In this document: piece after piece, positions 27,721 to 41,374 of the stretch
How the letters are laid out: every line of letters begins with the position of its first letter
How positions within the stretch are numbered: the stretch's first letter is position 1
NCBI GenBank assembly: GCA_009103225.1
Contig: RHPI01001616.1
Span: 560,731-624,730, forward strand
Reading direction: 5' to 3'
Length of the DNA stretch: 64,000 nucleotides
Source of the DNA: Chlorokybus atmophyticus
Lineage: Eukaryota > Plantae > Mesostigma and Chlorokybus algae
The notes under the pieces: model-generated
What the model saw: only the letters and a program-made list of their open reading frames with translations
Database searches by the model: none
What the model was told of the DNA's origin: nothing
Translations under genes and position numbers: made by a program

Positions 27721-29149
27721 TCTTGACAGTGGCAACTTCGCTGTATTGCACAATTACTCATCAACTTTAGTCCTGTCGTTGATGAAGTTGAGTGCTTTTC
27801 GGGTTTTGACAAGCACAGTGGACAGCAGCGGGCGGATTCAGCCAGAGAGCCAACATGCTTGCTGTCTGCTTTATTATTACACCGTTGTAGTCAAAGCGCT
27901 GGTGGCCTGAACATAAGTAAGCAGTCTTCCTAGCCTGTCATCAAGTAAGTGTTGTGATGTTTGACTAATATGTCATGTGCATGTTGTGTTGTATTGCTGC
28001 GTAGACGCCTATCTGGCAGAATGCTTGCCACCGTCATCATCACACGCGCAGCCTCAGTCTAACCACAGCTCAGACGTCGTGTTGAACACACTGCAGGTCA
28101 GCCATGCCTGAACACTTCATTCCTCGACACGCATGTGTGACCATTTGAGTAATGGTTTTAGGCACTTTTGGTTAAGGTTGCAGTTACAGCAGTGAAGCTC
28201 AAATTGAGACTTCCTCATACTGTGCATTGGCCACTGCCGGGCACCCAGCTCCAATGGGACTGTTATCTTTGGCCGCAAGGTTTTGAGAGATGACCACCAC
28301 CAATGAGGGCGAAGGTCCTTAAAACAAGGCGCCATCACTTCCCCCTTCACACCATCTAGCAGGCGGCTATGCTGTGCATCTGCTTCGTGTGAACTGTCAC
28401 TTGCTGGCCTGCAGTAGCAATCGCTGGACCAAGCCGCTTGCACACGCGGCGTTTTGTGCGTGGAGAAAGGTTTCAAGAGGTGCAGGCACACAAGGGTACG
28501 GAGTTTAGCACAAGTGCGCTTGACCCGTGTAACGGTATGCACATGCGTTATCACCCTAGGCACGGCCTGCGTGTGTCAAAAGGACGTTGTACAGGATATG
28601 CGAGACAATTGGCGACATGCATGACGTCACAACAGCATCGCATACCAACCAGCATGCAAACACAGTCACATATACCACCACCGGGCTATATTGACTGCCT
28701 GTTTACCTACCACACTACCCTACTCTAGACCTCCCCATTAGGCATGCATACATGCGTATTGTTGGTTAATTACCTGTGCAACACACGAGCTGTGTGCACA
28801 GTCGCCTGCAGGTTCAAGCTGCAGTGCTACAAGACGCAATAGACACGCCTTGCTGTATGGCGTACTGCGCAACTATTCCACACTAGGAGTTGCACGAACA
28901 GCTTATGGCGAGATCTGACGGACAGCACTCGAATGTGCATGTTTCACTTCGCGCACTTGATGTATGTCATATGCAACATGAGCGTCCACATTCTTTGATA
29001 TTTGGCCCACTGCACACTTGCATTGCCCTTAACTGACATGTTCATGCCATTGCCTATACTGGCTGGCTGCTAGTCACTGTGCTGCCTAGCCATATAAGTG
29101 CATGCCACTAAGTACGCGCTTTATGCAGCCTTCAAGCATGGGTTGCGGC

Positions 29150-29300
29150 AAAGTGTTGTTGTGTGTGACCTCCGTCCAGCGATTGGCATCGTATCTATCT
29201 ACGTTGTCTCATCTGAGGCCCTTGTTCTTGTCATTCACGTGCCACACTGTGGCACCCCTGGGCTGCACGTGTCGTGATGTAACTTGTGCATGAGCTACGG
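29150..29300 (-). pseudogene. Lipase last-exon remnant
   Basis: Translates to ..ATVWHVNDKNKGLR*DNVDRYDANRWTEV, versus AAWRVTDKNKGLVYDAVNDRWREV in the intact lipase. Confidence 0.75.
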
Positions 29301-30439
29301 GACGCAGCTTAGGTCCATGTGAACATGTGTGTACAAGATACATGCAAAACAACGATGCATGCGTGCATTGCTGCTCTGCAGTTTGTTCCACCGGGGGTTC
29401 AAATTGTGGTTGCACTGAGGTTGCGCGTGCAATGATAGCGACAAGCATTCTGCCACATAGGTTGCTGCATAGCAATACACCACACAATTGTGTGGTGCTT
29501 ATTCCAACACATCACAAACCATCATTACAACCCATACTCAATGACCATCTGGTCGCACGGTAGCGGCGTCGTTATACCCGCGGTCATAAAATTCGCAATA
29601 ATCGTTATATAAGCGCATATACTACACAAGCGGACCTGCAAGGCAATGACTACTGACACATAATGCACCATCAGTGGTACAAATACTATGCAAGTATGGC
29701 ATGGAAGCAACAACCCGTGCCTGTACATATATTCAATGCGTTATCGGTAATGATATGATGGCACAAACGGTGTCGTTTGACGTTTGGCATTACTTCAATC
29801 GGCCTGAATCGATATTATATCATGTTCCATCAATAGCATCCACATTGCTATCTACATGTGCCATCATAGGCACAAGGCTGCTGGTGCCACAGTAAAAGGC
29901 CTATACTGGGCACAGTGCGCCAAAATTGGTGACAAAACATCAAGTTGCGATTGGCGCAATATTCAAGTGAGCCTGTGCACTTGAGACAACCTACAATTGA
30001 TACAGGACCTCATGACTTGCACTACATGTAGTACCCTGACGTTGGGCAAGGGTCTTGGGCGCGGTACTTGTAACCCGAGTGCCCCGCTAAAGCAGCTGAG
30101 GTCGGGCGGGCGGGCGCTGTTTCATTCGTTGTAATGGGTTTGTGTGCGTGAGCTGCTGTCACAGCAAGCCAGTAGTACTGCTTGTTCTCAATCTGAAGGG
30201 CAGCTTGGCCCCTATGCTGCTGCTGTCCCTTTCTGCTTTGGCCTAGGTCGTGCTTGTGCGTGCCATAGCTTTACTGTACCATGTGAATGCACGCCGTCAC
30301 CTTGACTCTTCCTTCCGCTCAGCCAGTCGAGAGGACAGCGGCTACCTCTTGAAGGCACATGGCTGTCGTATGTTGATCCCTGTGCATTAGTTCGTTCCCA
30401 CATACTCTCTTGCTGCTTGGGGCTAGGGTTTAGAGGTAG

Positions 30440-30937
30440 CTCATTTGGTTGGTCGTGCGGGGGTCGCCCATTAGGGTTCTTCTTGGGTACGCCTCCGCCC
30501 AGAAAAAGTCCACAGCCCGCAGTCACAGCACCATGATGTACATATGTACATACATTCAAACAATCCAGGTCAACCCGGACACCCCTGCCCAGCCCAACCT
30601 CCCACCACAGAGGCACCCCCAACCCAATCAGCCTGATACCGTGGGGGCCGCTGTAGCTGGCCCCCTGCAGGCTTTGTTGCCAATTGGGGCATCGACAGTG
30701 TTTGGGCAAGTTATATGTCAGGTAAGTGTTTATAGTACTGTAATGTACGCGAATCCTACATATGGTACATATGCGCCTGTGTCTAGTTGTTGATCTCCTT
30801 TCATTTCAGCCATTGGTGGGAAAATACGGAAAATGATCAAGAAGCTGCGGGCGGACATGAAGAGAGACATGGAGGACCTGGAGAACTGGGGAGGCGGTAG
30901 GCATACGAGCTTGGGACTCTTTAGCGATAAGACTTGA
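30440..30937 (+). pseudogene. Gene X copy 2
   Basis: GWSCGGRPLGFFLGT..., ...LQALLPIGASTVFGQVICQ|GTAAG, then ..KMIKKLRADMKRDMEDLENW. Frame disruptions are present. Confidence 0.5.
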
Positions 30938-31579
30938 CACCTGGTGGTACAACTCTTGAAGCTGACTTGTTAGAGTTGGCAGCTAAGGGAGGTTACCTGC
31001 AGCTGCCTTGCTTACAGCTCTTACATATGAGCTTGAGTTGCGATGATGCACACACTTTACTATTTGGTTCATACACAGTCTTCTCTGCCCACACGTACGC
31101 ACGCACGCACAGTTCACGCGCGGGAGATAAAGTCGGAGAGATGTTTGCATTGTTGGCCCCAGCCAAAGGCTTAGGAACTACCCTATCGCAAGTTGTGAAG
31201 GTAGTAAAGTTGTTGTGGGGACTGTCTGATTCTCAGTTGGTGAACTGTGCATTGTTCATTGCAAGGCATTCCATATGCCCAGCCATGATCGCTGTTGTGT
31301 TGCTGCATGCGAACTCACTTTGTAAGGTACATTTAGCACGAACGGAATGCAGCGCTGCAGCAAGTGAGTTGTCACATGAAAACTGAGTACATGCTTGCAC
31401 TATAGCTACTTGTACTATGCGGCATGCTGGCATTTGTGTCCCAGCAGCGCAGCGCTGCTCGGAGCCTTCTTTCGCCCTCCGCCCTGCGCCCTCCACACAA
31501 CCCGCTTTGCTCCAACCGCCACTTGGGTTCGTTGCTTCTTCTTCAATCATGTTGTTGTTGTTGTTGTTCTCTTTCTTTT

Positions 31580-32060
31580 CAGATTGATTTTGGATGCCAT
31601 CTGCATGCAGCATTAGCGTACATCTCTGTCCCCGCCATGGCTACAGCCGCAACCAGTCCCAACAGGCAACAGGTACTTGCAACGCAGCTCTGCAGCAGCG
31701 GCCAGTGGTTGAAGAGTCTTCAAGCCTATGTTCGGCGCCAAACTGTGCGCTATTGCGTGCTCAAGTGTGCGCGTGCTGTGCTTGCCGGCACGACGACGCT
31801 GAAGGTAGTCCACTGCGAGTCGTTGTCGTCGTCGCCTTGGCCGTTGGTGTCGTTGTTGTCCGCCTAGAGCTTTTGCTATGCTGTTCCTGTTGGCTCGCAA
31901 CTGCCTTTGCTTGCCTGACATCATGATGGTGGTCCTGACAGTGCTCTTTGGCCGAGGCTTGCTTGCTTGCTTGTGTATGCCACCGTTGAAAGGTGGAGCT
32001 GCTGCTTCAAGGGTAAGCCGCGGCAGTGTTGTGGTATGTGTAATTGTCACGAATTTCGGC
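31580..32060 (+). other. Segment Y copy 2
   Basis: See copy 1. ORF 31594-31926 is Cys-rich with a hydrophobic stretch. Confidence 0.4.
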
Positions 32061-32804
32061 CTGACCCACATCAATTACTGCTTGTTAAGCAAAAGGAGGA
32101 GAAAGCGTCCCAGTTGCAAGTTAGCTGTGAATTGCACAACTCTTCATCAGCTTTGTTTCTCACTGCCAATGAGTGATCAGTGAGTACATGTTGAGTGATT
32201 GTTGTGACAGTTGATAAGTGTGTGTGCAGCAGTGGGTGGGTTCCAGCCAGAGACAGAGCCAACACGCTTGCACTCAGCTTCATCATCGCACATGCATGGA
32301 GCACCACCGCAGCTAAAGCATTGGCGCACAAGTAAGCGGTCTTGCCAGCATGTCATCACTCCTTTCAGTTGCTTTGTTCCACAACACAAGGCCACACATG
32401 GCTCAATTACTGCCCTTGTTACCGGGTGGGGAGTCTGACACGCGCATCATGACGTGTATGTGTAACTAACTCTCGCTCATGTTTCTGATGTGCAGGTATG
32501 ATGATGAATTGCCTTGCAAGCTTAGCATTGGGCTGGGCAGCAAGAAAAAGGGTGTGAGCTAGCAGGGGTGAGTGCGCAGACTGGTCCTGAGTTGACACAC
32601 GTGTAGGCAAGTGATAACTATAATCAACGTGGGCACTTTGTTTGTTGATTTTGCATGCGACTTCACGCACTTTGCGTGCAGCATACTTAGCAAGCACAAA
32701 CGCCCATACCGTTTCAAGATTTGTCCCACTATACACTCACACCTTTCTCTGCTGCCCTAACTAAGACAAGACATGTATATGCCGTAATGGATGATCTATG
32801 CACT

Positions 32805-35800
32805 TCATGCGACCTTGTCAAGCACGTGTTGCTGCTGCGGCAAAGTTGTGTTGCTGTTGGGTGTAGTAGACTCCTCCTTGATCACTTCCCTCCAGCGGTC
32901 GTTCACAGCGTCGTATACGAGGCCCTTGTTCTTGTCGGTCACGCGCCACGCGGCCGGAATGCACGTGTCGGGATACATCACGTTGGTGATCTTGTGCATC
33001 AGCGCAGGATCGCGGCTCGGGTCCACCATGTGCAGGTGAACCTGTATGTGTGTGCGTGTGTGCGCTTGCGCGCATGTGTTTGTCATTGTGTGTGTGCGTG
33101 CAGGCATTGGTGCTCATTGCAGTCACATGTGTGCTTTACCTCCAAGTTGTGGCAGCCGGACACGGATGGACCCGGCAGAAAGAAGAAAAGATCGCTGCGT
33201 TCTTTGTTGTACACGTCAACCTTATACATGTCGCGCTTCAACGCCACGCCACCGTGCTGATACCTGATGAACACGCACGCACACGCAAGTGAAGTGAGCC
33301 ACTGGCGATGTATGCAGAATTGGGTCAGGTATGTGGGAAGAGAGTTCAACTGCATCACTTACGGGCTGGAGATGTTGAGCCAGCCCATGGGGACCTGCGT
33401 GCATGTGTAGCAGAGTGCATCACCACATCAGTAGCAGTTGAGCAGTTTAGACAAGACACGAGCTGATAAGTTTAACTCAACAGAAGAATAGCTACATGCG
33501 CATACACGCATGCACACGGCGTGCATGGCATGCACACGCTGACTCACGCACATGCACATGTACGCACGCACCTTTGGAACGATGTCGTGTACGTGAACAA
33601 CGCGCAGCATCTGCCAGCCAATGTCGCTGTCAATATCATCATCATAATTATCATGCCATCATCAGTACCATCATCATCATCATCATCATCATCATCATGC
33701 ATAGCAACGCTTCCAGACTCAGTGTTGACAAGCTGCCTCCAGCAGCAACAACAACAACAAGCACTGTTTGAGCACCTTCAAGTTGGCAGTGGACTCCTCT
33801 GGCACCAACACAGCATCCAGCAAACTCATTATCACTGGCCCGAGCATTGGTGCGGGCCAGCCAATGAGCGCAAGTGCACTCACCAACACTGCCAGCTGAC
33901 CACACCAGACCACAACACAACACAACATGATCAGCATCCCAACAGACAAAGAGATGGGAGAACGCGCTGCTTGACAACCCAACATAACATACCCAGCTGT
34001 CGAGGTGCAACACGCCTGTGGCGATGTGATACACAGCAAGCAGGAAGACGAGGCTGCCAATTGGACCAACCATGTCCAACCCACGCCAGATCCATCCTGC
34101 CGCTGTTGACAACGGTGACTTTGCTGCTGCTGTTGTTGAAGTTGTTGTCGTTGTGCTGGCGGGTCCAAAAGCTCGCGCGAAACGCACGTCGCCTACACGC
34201 GGCGCCGCAAATGTCACCGCAGTCACCGGCGGCGGGACCTTGTGGTTGTTTGTAAAATGGTCACGCAGGTCCTTGATGTTGTCTTTCATGTTGTTCTCGC
34301 CAGCGTCGTGGATGGCACCGGTGACGTCTTTCACGGGGTGCGTGGGTGAGAAGAGTGTGGTGCTGATGTCATATGCGTTCATACACGCCAACGCACCCCC
34401 AAGGCTATGTCCCGTTGTGGTGATGCTGCGTATCTTCACGCCACTATCCACAAGTTGCTTCAAGCATCTGTACACTTGCATGCGCGGCGGGCCCACATAC
34501 ACGTTGCTGTTGGGTTCCTTCTCTTTGCCCTCGGGCCCGAGGATCGTTGGGTCTGCCTCCGTGTACACCTGCTTGAAGCCATACTCCACACGCGCATCAT
34601 GGCCTTTCTGAGTACGCCAAAACATTCTGGCAAAGTAGAGTCCCCACTCTTTGAGCAACACTCCCCACATGCGCACATCGGCCAACAACACATTGCCGAC
34701 ATGGCCACTCTGCTTGTTCTCTGCCTCAACAATCTCGTGGTAGGCCTCTGAGTTGAGTGTGCGTGGCACGCCTACGAGCACGCCCGCCAGCAACGCTATG
34801 AGGAGAGTGGCGGGAAAGCTGTCGAGGAGGGAGTGTGAGTAACCCCCCAACAACAGGTGCATGTGGGGTTTGATGAAGAGGGTGAGGGCGCCCAAAGCCA
34901 ACAACACGGTCTTCCCATCGATGATGTCGGGGAAAGGACTGAACTTTAGAAGCTGGGTTGGGACGCGGTTTTCATATACGGGCTCGCCCTGATTCCATGC
35001 CACCTGAATAGAAAGACGCGTGTGTGTGTGCGTGCGCGTGCGCGTTCGCGTGCGCGTGTGCGTGTGCGTGTGCGTGTGCGTGTTGTACACATCAACGTTG
35101 TTGTGTGTTCAAGAGTTGATATGTGTACACTCGTGCACTCACATGTGGTATCTTGCCGTTTTCAGTCCACTCGTCATGAGTGATGGTCCCTCTCCACGAA
35201 ATGACCACATCCACCCCCTGATCCTTGTCATCCTTCTCGTCCTTCTCCTCAACAGCAACGTACCCAATGAAGTTCTTCCTCTTGTCTTGGCCTCTCTCCA
35301 CCAACTTGTAGAAGCCCGAGTCCGCGTAAAGCACACGCACCGCACGGTACCTCTTCGAGTCGGGACCGAGGGTGAGGAAGTCTTTGGGGTCGTTGTCTAC
35401 CTTGTCGTTGCTGAACAGGTAGCTGCTGTTGTTGTTGTTGTTGTTGTTGTTGTTGAGAGGGTTGATGAGGGTGAAAGGAGTGAAGCGGCAGTCGCCAAAG
35501 TGGGGGCTGTACACGTTGCGGGTCTGTAGGGAGTCGTATGTGGCTTGAGCTAGCTCACCGTACTTGACAACCTCACGCCTCCACTCCTCCTGGACCTGAA
35601 GGTTGAGACAGATGAGTGGGTGAGAGATTGAAAATGCAACACGCATGCACGCACATGTGCTTACACACGCACCTGCGTACGCACACAAAAAACATACACA
35701 CGCACGCGCACGCGCACACGCACACGCACACGTCACCCACAAACTGCTTTACCGAGTCCTTCGGTGGTCGTAAGGTTGTCTCCCTCTCCCTCCTGCTCAT

Positions 35801-35983
35801 GTCCATGATGGCGCGTATCTGGTTGCGCGACGGCTTGCTGTTGGGTTTTGCATTGGCGTTGGTCGATTTCAACGGGTACAACTTGTCGCGCCAGGCCGTC
35901 CAGGTGGCGAGCGTTGCGAGGAGGTTGGGTTCATTCAGGAGCTCGTGGACGGGGCGTGAAGGAGGTGGTGAAGGTGTCGCCAT
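32805..35983 (-). CDS. Class-3 lipase / phospholipase A1 (DAD1-like) with two hydrophobic insertions, 8 exons
   Basis: Exons 35983-35753, 35595-35143, 35003-33993, 33895-33776, 33610-33572, then 3 more. Motifs: REVVKYGELAQATYDS, GYVAV, VVISWRGT, TTTGHSLGGALA (nucleophile Ser), VTFAAPRVGD, LRVVHVHDIVPK (Asp), CHNLE (His), RDPALMHK, WRVTDKNKGLV..RW. These match plant PLA1-I/II family motifs. Confidence 0.9.
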
Positions 35984-37375
35984 TGTGTGGAATAGATGGA
36001 CAATAGAAGGCACCTGCGGGAGGGATGTTGAGGGGATGGTGCCAAGCTGGGGCAGTGATCGGTTTGCAGCGACTGCATCAATCACATGCTCACATGTACC
36101 GCATTGATATCAGAGAGCACGTAGGCAACTACTCGAGATGCATGTGTGGACTCTTGAGTGCTAATGTGGGACTCCCGGTCGTATATACACAGCACCCAGC
36201 CCAGACGCTGTAACAACCACATTGTATAGAAGAACAAAAGGGGACAGACACACGCTTCTGTGCCTACCCACACAGGCAGCAGCTTGTCATGCAGGCACCC
36301 CAAGCCAGGCATAAAACTCTCTGACACCTATTGGAAAAAGGCCCAGCCACCATGAGCTTACCCCTTGAGCTTCAGCAGAGCAGATGCCGGGGAGCTGTAA
36401 CTATGCTGGCCCTTCTGCTGCACTTGTCACCGGCATGCAAGGACGCACACAGCGCTGCCGCCGCTGTATCTCTTCTGGTGTGGAGCAGACAGTCAGTTCT
36501 GCTCTCCGCAAACCGGAGCAAAGCATTTATACTCCAACCTCATGTACATTTCCTCTCACCTGCAAATGGTTCTGGTCATAGCCTGACTAAGTCACTCCGC
36601 CGTGACATGTCAGTAGCGGCGTTTCTTTCACACTCCCTGCGTCAGAGGTCAATGCTACATGGTGATCTAAGAGGGCGTTGTGACGTCGCTGCGTCAGCCC
36701 AAGCGCGGCGAACGACGTCTTTTGGCGGACTCCGGCATTGACGCCGTACTGGCAGTGCTGCGCGATTGCTTCCCGTGCCAGCCTGAGGAAGCCGTGACAT
36801 GTCCTTGGTAGCGGAAGATATCAAGGGAAAACCTTCCGTCAGCACTGAAAGAACGGTTTAAACCAATAAAAGTTTTAAGAGGGTTTTATTGAAAGACCCT
36901 CACATCATGTCACTGTGATTCATCACAAGACCCTCACATGATGTCAGTCCGACCGACCGATTCTGATATGGCACATGAGATGGACTGGTAGATTTAAACA
37001 TATAGGAGGACATGATTATGGGATAATACTTTTTGAATTACCATTTGCAATACTACAAAAGTTATAACATTATTGCAGTACTATCATATGTATATTCGTT
37101 TATCCAATGAAGACGCATACGGTCTTGTATAATACGTCGTACGTAACTTATATGACAAGTACCTTGCTGACACAATCAAACATGCAACGATCCGTTAACA
37201 ACCTTAATTACCGATAAACTTTCATACGGGAGTGCAGTATGAAATGCTGGTAAGGTAAGCGTGGCTTCCGTGGAGATTAATTGATTATTTGTATGTTAAT
37301 CGCTGACTCACTGACAATTGGTTGTTGTGCTACACGACCATTACAATCAATATGCACTTCATTACGTTACATATG

Positions 37376-37404
37376 GCAGGTATCGCATTTAATGCGATAC
37401 CTGC
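37376..37404. repeat. Perfect 14-bp hairpin in an AT-rich island
   Basis: GCAGGTATCGCATT-T-AATGCGATACCTGC. Confidence 0.9.
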
Positions 37405-38839
37405 TTTATACTCATGACACGGTTAGCAAGTGAAACATATCATACAAGCGCATAAACACATGAAAAGAGCGCGAGGGGCTATATGATAAAAATAATCTAC
37501 GTGACGGTGTATGGAAGGGTCAACATGAGCATTGCATGACGCCTGCAACATGCATGCATGTGAATCGCATTACACGTATTCCTACATTCAACATTTCCAC
37601 TCACACGTACACATACGCATGTTGACTTCAAAAGGGTGGTAGTACATATCTTACATTGTGTACTAATTAAAGATAGATGGTTACAACGCTGCCGTAGCCC
37701 CAATTGAAATTTGCGTGCATTTTGCCGTGTGTTTGCAATGCATTGGGCCCCTCCGCGCGGGAGTTGCTTGTTTGCCACTCCTATGTTTGCTATACACGTT
37801 GCAAGATCATCAATTTACGCACTCAATCTTGCTATTACCTCACACCATTCCTCTCCAAAAATAACTTCGGTGAGTCAGTTAATGCATAGCGTTGTCAGTT
37901 ATATGCAAGCGTAATATGGGCCCAAGCAATAGGATATGGAGACCATAATAATTAATCATGTTATTCCTAATTAGAAGCAATGGCAACAAACGCAACCTTG
38001 CTACGATGCAAGGGAAACATTGCTTGTAAGGCGCGTTGCACAATTCAAAGAGACATTGAGCGTTATTAGAGACTTTATCAAGTTTAATCCACTCTTTATC
38101 TTATTTGCATCCGCATGCCATTGGGCCGGTTGCACCGGCCATTAATGTATGGCAACACGATTTGAATAATAAATTGAAAAAGATCTATATATACAGACCT
38201 ATTTAACTTAGCTTTCTAATTACCCGGACCTCACATATGTGTTATCCATTCAATTGCAAGGCTTGCGAGGTTACTTGCTAAACAATCTTGCAAGAAGCTT
38301 TCTTTCGAAATGCAGGTGCCTTTTAGGTGTAGTTATATAATAATCTACTTGATAAGTTTATGTACTCGCGTAGTTAAATGTGAAAACCCATATTCTTGCG
38401 TTTTCGATTATTTACATATTTATCTTATAGATTTTATTACTTACATTGGCATGCCGGCGTCTATTATGACGATGATCAGAGCTCGGAAATTTTATTACCT
38501 AACGCAATTGATTGGCAAGGTCCCCTTGTTCAACTACACGCATGTAAAGTGAGGGAAGGCTTATTATAATGTAAACATATTGACATCGAATGTGCATAGG
38601 CACGTCGGTTGTGTAGGAGGAAAAAAGAGGGGGGAGGGGGGGGGGGNCGCGCAGGCACGCATGCGACAGGTATTTTGCATGTGTGCGTGCACGAGCGTGA
38701 CTGCATGGGTGCACACATAGGCATGTGCAAGTGTGCGCGCGGTGTTGCATGGGCGTGCGTGTGCGCTCATTCGTCTGCGTCAGATGGTGAGCTCTATTTG
38801 CAACAACTTGCACTGCAACACAAGTGCCACTTGCTCACT

Positions 38840-40230
38840 CCACTTGTTCACTCCCCCAGGTTGGTACCATTCCGTCACTCCCTGTTCCTCTCTTGCCGGC
38901 CCATCCATCATCCATCTTGGTTGGGACCCCCCCCCCCCCTTCCGCCCCCCAAACACACACGTTTCAAAGCAGGTGTCCGTACTGGGGACATCATCTACCT
39001 CTTTCCCGCCACGTCCACGAGCTTCTTAATGACACAAACCTGCTTGCAAAGCTGGCGGAGTTGACGGCATGTCGCATGTGAGCGGTGTACGCGCTAAACA
39101 TGGTCACAGACACAACGGTTAGGCCTGCGCCCGACCAATATCTATGTGAAATCCATTGCAGCAAGCCAACGCGCAAACACGTGTATGCGCTTCCCTATGA
39201 GGGAGTGGGAGACTCTCTCATTCTCTCTGGCAGAGCGACGACTATTAAAGGACACAAATACATGGGTGCCAGGGTGGGTGGGAACTCGGGCTTCTACAGA
39301 TTGGTGAAGAAGGGGTATTGACAAAGAGCAAAAGAAACTCATTAGGTACGTCGTTGCGTTCAAGGAGAAGCATGCATCCTTCATATGAGAGCCGAGGAGG
39401 AGGGGACGCATATGGTTGTCACGTGTAGAGGAACCGTTACCACTGATGAGATGGACAGCAAATGCCAATTTGCCACCCATCTCATCGGTGTCCTGCCAAC
39501 GAGTTTACGTTTAAATGGACCGATGTCAGCTCTTAAGCACAAAGTCGCCAACAACAACAGTAACACGCACGCGCACACAGTGACAACAACGTGTCCACGC
39601 AGGTGGCGTGAAACCGCGGCAAACCCATGCTTGAGAAGTACCCGAGATTTTCAAGGAGCGTTTGTTGGCTTTGGGCGACCTCATCCTCCTGGGCAAGCCC
39701 CACATTCACTTGGTGTTGGGCAAGCACGCCTCCACTACCATCTCTCATCGGTGTGTTGGCATGTGTGCTCATAGGCTTGCCATGCAGACTCAAGTCAGAG
39801 GAGTGCTTCCCGGCTGAGAGTGGCAAACACTGTTGGCAAACACTTAAGCGTGTTGCGAGACGTGCGCATGTGGAGCGTGTTGCTCAAAGGGATGGGCTAC
39901 TGCTTTGTGCGCGTAGAGCATGGGTTCAAGTAGGTGTACACGGAGGCGGACAAGGACATCCTCCGGCCGGAGGTAGGGAGAAGGAACCCAACAGCGGGGT
40001 ATATGTGGGCCCGCCGCGCACGCAAGTGGATAGTTGCTTGAAGCAAGGTGTAAACAATCAAACAACTCCAGCGTGTCACCGCCAGTGTCAGTACTGATGT
40101 GTGCAGCGCCGAGTATGAGCACGCGCCTTTGCACCGGCAAACACAACAACAACAACAACGTTGCTGATAACATCGGCGGCGTGGATCTGGCGTGGATTGG
40201 ACAGTGTTGGTGGCATCACACAATATGAGG
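38840..40230 (+). pseudogene. Inverted lipase pseudogene
   Basis: SRHVHELLNDTNLLA, NSGFYRLVKKG*, VVTCRGTVTTDE, GREKEPNSGVYVGPPRTQV..CLKQ parallel the intact gene. It has stops and frameshifts, and the GHSLG segment is deleted. Confidence 0.88.
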
Positions 40231-40252
40231 TACATACACGCGAGGCATGATG

Positions 40253-40679
40253 TTGTTACTGCGACAACGGCGGTTGATTGCTGTTGATATGGCGTTAGAG
40301 CTTTGTGCCTGTCAGGCGAAGGGTGAAATGAGGCTTCGAGCAGCGCTGCATTGGTGGTACGCAAATAACAGCATGCTCGTGCAAGGCAAGTGCACAATTG
40401 GTTCCATGTGACAGCTCCCTTGCCACCGTACCTATGTGAACCTCAGTGCATGCCAGCTGTGATGGCAGGCTGCTACATGTGGAGCGCGTATGAAATGTGA
40501 TTGCACTTTAACAGACAAACTGCTTAACCATCTCACCACCTTGCCATCAGATAGTCCACATTTCAACTACCACAACAAGTTTTCATTGAAGATCACTAGC
40601 CTCTATCGGGTGCCAACAAGGCAACCACATCTGTGATGCACGAGACAATTAGTGTGCACTGTTGCACACTGTTGCCAAA
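40253..40679. repeat. 427-bp direct duplicate of 46477-46903
   Basis: The two copies read the same from TTGTTACTGCGACAACGG to CACACTGTTGCCAAA. The second copy ends at an N (46904). Confidence 0.93.
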
Positions 40680-40724
40680 GGTTAATGCTCAGATCTATGA
40701 ACAAAGTAGCAATATCTACTTACT

Positions 40725-41374
40725 TAGCAACAAATACCGGCGAGAAGTCTTCCCACATCTTTCTCGCCCAGGTGTCTTCAAAAGTGCTCATAGATCTTCT
40801 CAAAGCCCCATGTCCACATCATTGCGCAGCTTCTCGATGTCACTTCACAGCTGTTTCATGTCCTCCCGCAAAATTCTGCCATCTGAGAGTCTTCGCGTAT
40901 CATGCAAATCATTGCCAAAACGCTCATGCAACCATAAAAAGCCCGTGTTCGCGTCTTTTCGCAGCTTCTTCATGTCCCTGGACATAGTCTTCTGCAGCTT
41001 CTCCATCCTTTCATGCAAGGAAACACTGAATGCCTGGCAAGCAGCCACACCATAATCACAGCACGATGTGTTGCAACACTGCGTACATAACACCTGTTAC
41101 AAACACTCACCTGATTAATAGCAATCCCAACCATTGCCGCTGGAACAATTTGCAGCATTGCCTACAGAGAGTTTCCTTATGTTGCCATGGTCAAACGCTG
41201 TTGAGGTGGGGCATTCGCCTGAAGCTGGGTGTTTCATTGAGAAGGGGTGTCCGGTTGGCCCGGGATGCTTAACTGCTGCTGTGCCTGCGGGCGAAATAGT
41301 AGTAAATGCCTTATAAGTGGTCGTCCCCAAGGGGAAGCCTAATGGGCGACCCCGCACGCCCAACCACTAGCCAT
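40725..41374 (-). pseudogene. Gene X copy 3
   Basis: MASGWA.(frameshift)GRPLGFPLGT...MLQIVPAAMVGIAINQ|GTGAG intron CAG|AFSVSLHERMEKLQKTMSRDMKKLRKDANTGFLWLHERF. The upstream region (41880-42060) resembles 25330-25500. Confidence 0.55.
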
